NCBI RefSeq assembly: GCF_030817195.1
Contig: NZ_JAUSYZ010000001.1
Span: forward strand, 974,007-1,006,006
Source of the DNA: Arthrobacter globiformis
GTDB lineage: Bacteria > Actinomycetota > Actinomycetes > Actinomycetales > Micrococcaceae
DNA: 32,000 nt
Reading direction: 5' to 3'
The position numbers were made by a program, and so were the translations under genes. Numbering within the stretch: position 1 is the first letter of the stretch; every line of letters begins with the position of its first letter. Positions 26,118 to 32,000 of the stretch are shown one piece after another. The notes beneath the pieces are model-generated. The model worked only from the letters and a program-made list of their open reading frames with translations. It ran no database searches and was not told the DNA's origin.

Positions 26118-26767
26118 GGCAGCTCCCCGGACACGTCGGCGGTGGCCTGGGCGAGCAGCTTCTCCACGGCGGCCTCCCAGGACGTGAGGCCCCGTGAGGA
26201 CTTGTACCGGGCGAGTGCTGCCAGGACGTCCCGGTCCAGGCGGATCCATCCGGTGTTGGGGAAGTACTGGTCCATCAGGCTGCGCCAGGCGGCGACGGGC
26301 AGCTGGTAGGACGCCTCAAGGTCCCAGGGCACCTGTTCCACGGTGAACCCCGTCTGCCCCCTGGTGAACACCGTGCCGGAGAACAGCAGCTCCAGCGGTA
26401 TCTCGCCGTCGTGCAGGGCATGCAGGTATTTGGCGGCGGCAACGTCGAAATCAAACGTGCAGGGCAGCGGGAGGTCCACCTCGGTGCTGCCCGTGAAACC
26501 CTGCACCATGGTGCTGCACTGCATCCAGACGAACGACTTCAGGGTGGTGGGCCAGCGCCCGCGGTCGCCGAAGAGGTCCAGCAGGCCGGTCTCCTCCCCG
26601 GACGAGTAGCCGCGGCGCTGCGGCAGGATCCGGACCTGGCAGCGGAGCGCCACAGCGTGCACCACGGCACCCGTGCCCTCCGTCACCTGGAGCCTGGCGG
26701 TCAGCTGCGGGGCGGCGGCGTAAGGTTCGGGCCGGATCTCCAGCACGGCGAAGGAAAGTTCGGTCAC
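26114..26767 (-). CDS. Conserved hypothetical protein of the hydrogenase operon, 217 aa
   Basis: The GTG start overlaps the upstream stop (GTGA) and the stop overlaps the next ATG. I recall such genes annotated as a DUF (possibly DUF6084) in Hhy loci, but this is unverified. Confidence 0.7.
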   Translation of the reverse strand: MTELSFAVLEIRPEPYAAAPQLTARLQVTEGTGAVVHAVALRCQVRILPQRRGYSSGEETGLLDLFGDRGRWPTTLKSFVWMQCSTMVQGFTGSTEVDLPLPCTFDFDVAAAKYLHALHDGEIPLELLFSGTVFTRGQTGFTVEQVPWDLEASYQLPVAAWRSLMDQYFPNTGWIRLDRDVLAALARYKSSRGLTSWEAAVEKLLAQATADVSGELP

Positions 26768-27549
26768 CGGAAGCCTCCAGTGCCCGACGGGCGGCTGGTG
26801 GACGCCGTGCTGCCGGATGCCGCGCCGCCTGATGCCTCGCCGCCTGATGCCTCGCCGGCGGGATCTGCCGGTGCCGGAACGCTGCGGCGGCCAATCCGGT
26901 CGAAGAAGGCGGTGAGCTCATCGCGCGCCTCCTGGCCGCCGTCGAACCCCCGCCAGAGACGGCGCAGCCGGCCCACCAGCTCGTAGCAGGCGTCCACCGG
27001 AACGAGGTGGCAGTCCGCGGCGGCCCTGCCCGGACTCGGGCCGCGGATCAGCAGAGCCTCGGTGTCCGGCGCCGCGAGGCCGAGGGCAGGATTGCGGGCC
27101 AGCACGCCGTCCCAAGCGGCGAGGGGCAGTTCCGATTCCGTGGCCCCGGCCGGGCCCGGGTAGAACGCCACCGTGCGGCCGAGCCTGGAGCTGCGGAAGA
27201 AGAATGCCAGGCCCACCGGAATTTCCAGTTCGTCCCACTGCCCCGGACCGAGATCGAAGTCGGGGAAGGAGAGATATCTGTCCGGCACCGAGCGGTAGCG
27301 CATGTGGGCGGTGGCATCGGTGAAGAGGAGGTAGCAGGGCCGGCAGGTGCACATCATCGCGTGGCTCTCCAGGTCCACCACGTGCTGGTGTGCGTCGGGA
27401 ATCGGTTCGCCGCACATTTCGCAGCATTCCCCGGCGGCGGGAGCGGGCCGGTTCGCGGAAATCCGCCGCAGTAGGGCCACCGGCAAGGCGCCGCTGGCCC
27501 GGCCGGTCCCCGCGCCGCGCCCTGTACCTCCTCCGTTCTCCACGTTCAT
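26764..27549 (-). CDS. Conserved hypothetical Cys-cluster protein of the hydrogenase operon, 261 aa
   Basis: The track ORF 26764..27708 is trimmed to the ATG at 27549, 1 nt after the upstream stop. It contains the motif CCEMCGEPIPDAHQHVVDLESHAMMCTCRPC (C-x2-C ... C-x-C-x2-C). It may be the family annotated DUF5947, unverified. Confidence 0.7.
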   Translation of the reverse strand: MNVENGGGTGRGAGTGRASGALPVALLRRISANRPAPAAGECCEMCGEPIPDAHQHVVDLESHAMMCTCRPCYLLFTDATAHMRYRSVPDRYLSFPDFDLGPGQWDELEIPVGLAFFFRSSRLGRTVAFYPGPAGATESELPLAAWDGVLARNPALGLAAPDTEALLIRGPSPGRAAADCHLVPVDACYELVGRLRRLWRGFDGGQEARDELTAFFDRIGRRSVPAPADPAGEASGGEASGGAASGSTASTSRPSGTGGFR

Positions 27550-27550
27550 G

Positions 27551-28801
27551 TCAGCTGTCCTGTCCCGCGGCTGCCTGCAACGCCGGTGCCATGGCGGCTG
27601 CCGGCGCAGATGCGGGCACCGAGGCCGCTGGCGCGGACAGCGCAGCTGGCGCAGACACCGGGGCCAGCCCGGACAACGGGGCCGGTTCCGCCGCAGGCAC
27701 TGCGGCATGGGCCGGTGCTGCAGCCGGGGCTTCCGCCGGCTCTGCCGTTTCGTGGACCGCGGGGACCTCCAGGCCGGCCGGCGTCACCAGCGGGAGTGCC
27801 TGCACCGGCGTCACCTCGGCAGGGGCCACCGGTACCGGCGGAGCCGGCAACGGCGCGGACTGCACGGACACTGTCGGAACCGCCACGGACATGACTCCGT
27901 TCCGGACCAGCAGCGGCAGCGGCTCCAGGTGCAGGTCCTTGTCCTCAAGGCAGGCACCCGCACGCCTTACGTCAAAGTGCCCGCGGCAGGTGGGGCAGCG
28001 CAGCAGGCCCCCATCGGCAGGCGCCGCGAGGGCGCGCTGCAGTACGGCGCCGGCCATGGAGCCGGTGCAGCGCGGGCAATAGTCGCGGTAGGCGTAGATG
28101 TCCTGACCGGTGCGGCAGGCCAGCACCGGATAGCCGCCGACCAGGAAACCCGCCACCTCGCCGGCTTCGAGCCCGGCGACCTCCGGAAGCGGTTCCCACG
28201 TGCCGCCGGACATGTCGTGCCAGGATTCCGCCGGCGTTCCGCCCGCCGGATTGTTCACTCGGACCAGCAGTGAGTCCACCGGAATCAGCGCCGGTGAGCC
28301 TGGCTGCTTTTCCGCCTCGACGACGTCGATGGCCGTCACTTCCGGCGCGGCGTTCTGGATGGCTTCCTCAACGGCGTATTTGAGGGTGACGGACGACGAC
28401 GGGCACCCCTGGCAGGTGCCCAGCAGCTTGAGCCGGACCACGCCGTCGGGGCTGATGCCTTCCAGTTCCACGTCGCCGCCGTGCGATCCCAGGTAGGGCC
28501 GGACGCTGTCCAGCGCCGCCGCCACCCGTGCCTCCATCGAATGGGGGTGCAGCCCGTGGATCACCAGGAGGCCGGCCACCAGGCTGTCAGCGGTGAGCGC
28601 TTCCAGAGTGGCGTCGTCGAGCTTTCCCTGGGCCTGCAGGATCTCCATGATCCGCTGCAGTCCGGCGCCGTAGAGGTCTGTCACCTGCCGGACCAGGTCC
28701 TCGGCACGGCCGCGGGCCACCGCCCCGCCGGCGCCGAGGGCGTCAAGGAGTGTGCCGATTTGGTCGCCGTTCTGCAACGGCGGCCGGTCCCCGCCGAGCA
28801 T
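27551..28801 (-). CDS. NifU-domain iron-sulfur protein (HhyE-like) with a Rieske-like all-Cys domain and an Ala/Pro-rich tail
   Basis: 416 aa. A NifU C-terminal-type block is present (VRPYLGSHGGDVEL...LLGTCQGCPSS). A second domain carries CPRC ... CPTCRGHF. The last 110 aa or so are Ala/Pro low-complexity. The ATG lies 3 nt after the hhyL stop. Confidence 0.8.
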   Translation of the reverse strand: MLGGDRPPLQNGDQIGTLLDALGAGGAVARGRAEDLVRQVTDLYGAGLQRIMEILQAQGKLDDATLEALTADSLVAGLLVIHGLHPHSMEARVAAALDSVRPYLGSHGGDVELEGISPDGVVRLKLLGTCQGCPSSSVTLKYAVEEAIQNAAPEVTAIDVVEAEKQPGSPALIPVDSLLVRVNNPAGGTPAESWHDMSGGTWEPLPEVAGLEAGEVAGFLVGGYPVLACRTGQDIYAYRDYCPRCTGSMAGAVLQRALAAPADGGLLRCPTCRGHFDVRRAGACLEDKDLHLEPLPLLVRNGVMSVAVPTVSVQSAPLPAPPVPVAPAEVTPVQALPLVTPAGLEVPAVHETAEPAEAPAAAPAHAAVPAAEPAPLSGLAPVSAPAALSAPAASVPASAPAAAMAPALQAAAGQDS

Positions 28802-28804
28802 GGC

Positions 28805-30598
28805 CTACTCGCCGGTCAGGGTCTGGGTGGGGGAGTGCAGCATATCCAGCGTCTGCCCGTTGCCCAGGTACATGTGGACGCCGCACGGCAGGCAGGGGTC
28901 GAAGCTGCGGACGGTGCGCATGATGTCGATGCCTTTGAAGTGCTCCCGGTCGTTCTCCTCGAAGATGGGCTGCCCCTGGACCGCGTCCTCATAGGGCCCG
29001 GACACGCCGTTGGAATCGGTGGGGCTGGCGTTCCAAGGGGTGGGCGGGTAGGGATGGTAGTTGGCGATCTTGCCGTCGCGGATCACCATGTGGTGGGACA
29101 GGACCCCGCGGACCGCCTCGGTGAAGCCGCAGCCGATACCTTCATCGGGGACCTCGAAGGTTTCCCACGTCTTGGTGCGGCCGGCCCGGATTTCCTCGAG
29201 GGCCTTTTCCGCGAAGTGCAGCGCAGCAGCCGCGGCGTACGCCTGGAAGTAGGTGCGGGCGCGGTTGCGTTCGAGCGTGTTGCTCCACTGCGGGATGTTC
29301 CACTCGAAAGTCACGGGCCCCTTCAGCGCGGTCTTGGGCAGGTTGATCTGGACGCTCCTGCCGGTGGCCTTGATATAGCCAATGTCCACGAGTCCGGCGA
29401 GCGCCGTGGCCCAGAGGCGGGCCAGCGGGCCGCCGCCGGTGTCCAGGGCGAGGTTGTCCTGGCCATCGAACCAGCGCGGGGACATGACCCAGCTGTACTT
29501 GTCCGAAAGGTCGCGCTTCTGCGGCCGCGGGTTGGTGTGCTGGTTCCAGGGATGCCTGCGGTCCACAGGGTTGCCCAGGGGGTCGTGGGTGACGAACATT
29601 TCCTGGTCTTCCCAGTCCTCGTAGTACGAGGAGCCCAGCATGATCCGCAGGCCCAGGTTGATCCGCACCAGGTCGGTGGTGACCAGCTTGCCGTCCACCA
29701 CCACGCCCGGGGTGACGAACATCTTCCGGCCCCACTCGGTCATGTCCTTGTACTCGAAGTTGCAGTAGTCCGGGTCCTGCAGGGATCCCCAGCAGCCCAG
29801 CAGCGTGCGGCGCAGCCCCACCTGCTCGTAGCCCGGCAGCGCCTCGTAGAAGAAATCGAACAGGTCGTCGTGCATCGGGACGACCTTCTTCATGAACTCG
29901 ACGTAGCGCATCAGCCGGGTGAGGTAGTCCGTCATCAGTTGGATGGTAGCCACCGTCCCCACGCCGCCCGGATAGAGCGTGGAGGGGTGAACGTGGCGGC
30001 CCTCCATGAGGCAGAACATTTCACGGGTGAGGCGGCTGACCTGCAGCGCTTCCCGGTAGAACTCGCCGGTGAACGGATTCAGCGAGCGCATGATGTCGGC
30101 GATGGTGCGGTAGCCGTGGTCGCCCTCGTGCGGCGCCCTGGTGTTCTCGGCCTTGGCCAGGACGCCGGGGTTGGTTTCGGAGACCATCTTTTCGCAGTAG
30201 TCCACGCCGACGAGGTTTTCCTGGAAGATGTTGTGGTCGAACATGTACTCGGCCGCTTCACCCATGTTGACGATCCACTCGCCCAGGTTTGGCGGCTTCA
30301 CGCCGTAGGCCATGTTCTGCGTGTAGCAGGAGCAGGTGGCGTGGTTGTCGCCGCAGATCCCGCAGATACGGCTGGTGATGAAGTGGGCGTCCCGCGGATC
30401 CTTGCCCTTCATGAAGATGGAGTAGCCGCGGAAGATCGAGGAGGTGCTCTTGCATTCCACCACCTGGTTGTTCTCGAAGTCGATCTTTGTGTAGATGCCG
30501 AGGCTGCCGACGATCCTGGTGATGGGGTCCCAGTTCATCTCCACCAGGTTGTTGTTGCCCGTTCCGGCTCCGGAACCCATGGGAATTGTGGACGTCAT
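28805..30598 (-). CDS. hhyL: [NiFe]-hydrogenase large subunit, group 1h (formerly group 5, high-affinity Hhy type)
   Basis: 597 aa. The N-terminal site is TSRICGICGDNH and the C-terminal site is SFDPCLPCGVH. As I recall them, these are the L1 and L2 signatures that define group 5/1h. Confidence 0.92.
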   Translation of the reverse strand: MTSTIPMGSGAGTGNNNLVEMNWDPITRIVGSLGIYTKIDFENNQVVECKSTSSIFRGYSIFMKGKDPRDAHFITSRICGICGDNHATCSCYTQNMAYGVKPPNLGEWIVNMGEAAEYMFDHNIFQENLVGVDYCEKMVSETNPGVLAKAENTRAPHEGDHGYRTIADIMRSLNPFTGEFYREALQVSRLTREMFCLMEGRHVHPSTLYPGGVGTVATIQLMTDYLTRLMRYVEFMKKVVPMHDDLFDFFYEALPGYEQVGLRRTLLGCWGSLQDPDYCNFEYKDMTEWGRKMFVTPGVVVDGKLVTTDLVRINLGLRIMLGSSYYEDWEDQEMFVTHDPLGNPVDRRHPWNQHTNPRPQKRDLSDKYSWVMSPRWFDGQDNLALDTGGGPLARLWATALAGLVDIGYIKATGRSVQINLPKTALKGPVTFEWNIPQWSNTLERNRARTYFQAYAAAAALHFAEKALEEIRAGRTKTWETFEVPDEGIGCGFTEAVRGVLSHHMVIRDGKIANYHPYPPTPWNASPTDSNGVSGPYEDAVQGQPIFEENDREHFKGIDIMRTVRSFDPCLPCGVHMYLGNGQTLDMLHSPTQTLTGE

Positions 30599-30626
30599 TG
30601 TCTTCGCCTGTCTGGAAGTGGGTGGG

Positions 30627-31685
30627 TTACCAGGTGCGCCGGGCCCCGGTGAGGAGCTCGGTTCCGGGCCGGCGCCACTTGGGCTCCTGGTCCAGCGTGT
30701 GCGTCGTGATGCCTCTCAGGGCCCGGATGGCGGATCCGTAGGGGCGGATGGTGCTGGTGGAAAGCTTGCCGCCGGGAGGCTCATCCATGAAGGGCATGAA
30801 CTTGTCCGGGAAGCCCGGCATGGTGCAGCCGATGCAGATGCCGCCGACGTTGGGGCAGCCGCCGATGCCGTTCATCCAGCCGCGCTTGGGCACGTTGCAC
30901 TTCACCACGGGACCCCAGCAGCCGAGCTTGACGATGCACTTGGGGGAACCGTACTCGGTGGCGAAGTCACCCTGCTCGTAGTAGCCGGCCCGGTCGCAGC
31001 CCTCGTGCACCGTCTTGCCGAACAGCCACGTCGGGCGCAGGTTTTCGTCCAGCGGAATCATCGGGGCCTGCCCCGTGGCCTGGTACAGCAGGTAGGTCAT
31101 GGTTTCGGAGAGGTTGTCGGGCTGGATCGGGCATCCGGGCACGCAGACAATGGGAATGCCGGCCTTGGACTTCCAGTCGTAGCCGAGGTAGTCCGGCACG
31201 CCCATGGCCCCGGTCGGGTTGCCTGCCATGGCATGGATGCCGCCGTAGGTGGCGCAGGTTCCCGCGGCGATGATGGCGGTGGCCTTGGGCGCCAGACGGT
31301 CCAGCCACTCGCTGGTGGTTATGGGCTGGCCGGTCTCGACGTCGTTGCCGAACCCGCACCAGTAGCCGCCGGGCTCATGGAGTTTCTCGTTGGGGATGGA
31401 TCCCTCGACCACCAGCACGAACGGTTCCAGTTCGCCCCGGTCCGCCTTGCGGAACCATTCCAGGAAATCGTCGGCCCCTTCTTGGGGACCGCATTCAAAG
31501 TCGATCAGTGGCCAGTGCATGGCGATCTTCGGCAGGCCGGGCAGCGCGCCGAGGGCGATTTCCTCGACGCTCGGCTGGGTGGCCGCCGTCAGGGCGACCG
31601 AATCGCCGTCACAACTGAGCCCTGCGTTGATCCACAGCACGTGGATGAGGGCTTCTTCGGCCTTAAGGGAAGTTTCCGTAGGCAT
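30627..31685 (-). CDS. hhyS: [NiFe]-hydrogenase small subunit, group 1h, no Tat signal peptide
   Basis: 352 aa. It begins MPTETSLKAEEALIHVLWINAGLSCDGDS with no RRxFxK leader. Cys-rich Fe-S binding blocks follow (GTCATYGG, CVPGCP, CIVKLGCWGP, GGICIGC). GAAAGAGG lies upstream of the ATG. Confidence 0.9.
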   Translation of the reverse strand: MPTETSLKAEEALIHVLWINAGLSCDGDSVALTAATQPSVEEIALGALPGLPKIAMHWPLIDFECGPQEGADDFLEWFRKADRGELEPFVLVVEGSIPNEKLHEPGGYWCGFGNDVETGQPITTSEWLDRLAPKATAIIAAGTCATYGGIHAMAGNPTGAMGVPDYLGYDWKSKAGIPIVCVPGCPIQPDNLSETMTYLLYQATGQAPMIPLDENLRPTWLFGKTVHEGCDRAGYYEQGDFATEYGSPKCIVKLGCWGPVVKCNVPKRGWMNGIGGCPNVGGICIGCTMPGFPDKFMPFMDEPPGGKLSTSTIRPYGSAIRALRGITTHTLDQEPKWRRPGTELLTGARRTW

Positions 31686-31715
31686 CGTTGCCTCTTTCAG
31701 TGCCCCTTGCGGAGC

Positions 31716-32000
31716 TCAGTGTGCTTCTGTCAGGGAGCCGGTCAAGGGTTCTGGCCGGGCTGCCCCGGGGGTTGGCGCCGCCGCCGGGGAGGTGGCGCCG
31801 TCGAGCCAGCCGTACCAGTCGGCGAGGCCTTCGCCGGTGGTGGCGGACAGCGTGATGAATTCGGCCCGCGGATTGATCTGCCGGATGCGGCGCAGGCACT
31901 CGTCGACGTCGAAGTCGACGTAGGGGAGCAGGTCCGACTTGTTGACGATCACGAGGTCGGCTGCCATGAACATGTGCGGGTATTTCTGGGGTTTGTCATC
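31716..32000 (-). CDS. hypB: Hydrogenase nickel-incorporation GTPase HypB, C-terminal part (5' end outside the window)
   Basis: The frame is open to the window edge. It reads DDKPQKYPHMFMAADLVIVNKSDLLPYV..., which includes the NKxD G4 motif. Confidence 0.85.
   Translation of the reverse strand, partial: DDKPQKYPHMFMAADLVIVNKSDLLPYVDFDVDECLRRIRQINPRAEFITLSATTGEGLADWYGWLDGATSPAAAPTPGAARPEPLTGSLTEAH

Noticed and set aside
27551-27880. Repetitive Ala/Pro-coding DNA considered as a separate gene or as a non-coding repeat
   Set aside because: It is continuous in frame with the NifU-domain protein, with no internal stop. The overlapping 314-aa track ORF is an artefactual extension of the downstream gene.
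30627-31685. Apparent absence of a Tat signal peptide from the hydrogenase small subunit, raising the possibility of a truncated gene or wrong start
   Set aside because: The ATG has a good SD (GAAAGAGG) and lies 30 nt after hypB. Absence of a Tat leader is the known condition for cytosolic-facing group 1h enzymes.

Overview
High-GC (about 65-70%) actinobacterial chromosome, dense with genes and with no transposase, integrase, CRISPR array, rRNA or tRNA visible. Gene style resembles Micrococcaceae (Arthrobacter/Pseudarthrobacter), but I cannot verify that. Left to right: a convergent queuosine-salvage pair (yhhQ 3' end, tgt); a run of poorly characterised minus-strand genes (SRPBCC-fold, a 373-aa three-part hypothetical, a Nudix-fold protein with a degenerate Nudix box, a VOC-fold protein); ydeI-family; a membrane-anchored GH32 fructosidase; an fbpABC-type Fe(III) ABC importer with a near-consensus IdeR/DtxR iron box upstream; a GH76-like protein; an SDR plus glutaryl-CoA-dehydrogenase-like pair; DUF1684; ppc; a FecBCD/BtuCDF-type ABC importer. 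From about 23.4 kb to the window edge runs one tightly coupled minus-strand operon for a group 1h (Hhy-type, high-affinity, O2-tolerant) [NiFe]-hydrogenase: hypB, hhyS, hhyL, a NifU-domain Fe-S protein, three conserved unknowns, a maturation protease, hypC and a disordered 116-aa protein. The enzyme class is already described. The best leads are the uncharacterised parts of that operon. (1) A 39-codon transmembrane micro-ORF at 24601..24720, absent from the supplied ORF track and locked to both neighbours by ATGA/GTGA overlaps. (2) Three translationally coupled unknown genes. (3) A Rieske-like all-Cys domain in the NifU protein. (4) A convergent hypothetical gene whose C-terminus looks HypC-like. 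Outside coding DNA, the standout is a roughly 250-bp mirrored array with strict 32-bp periodicity between ppc and the ABC ATPase. There is also a 24-bp hairpin with a duplicated left arm. Many long ORFs in the track are antisense or 5'-extended high-GC artefacts, and I trimmed several starts accordingly.
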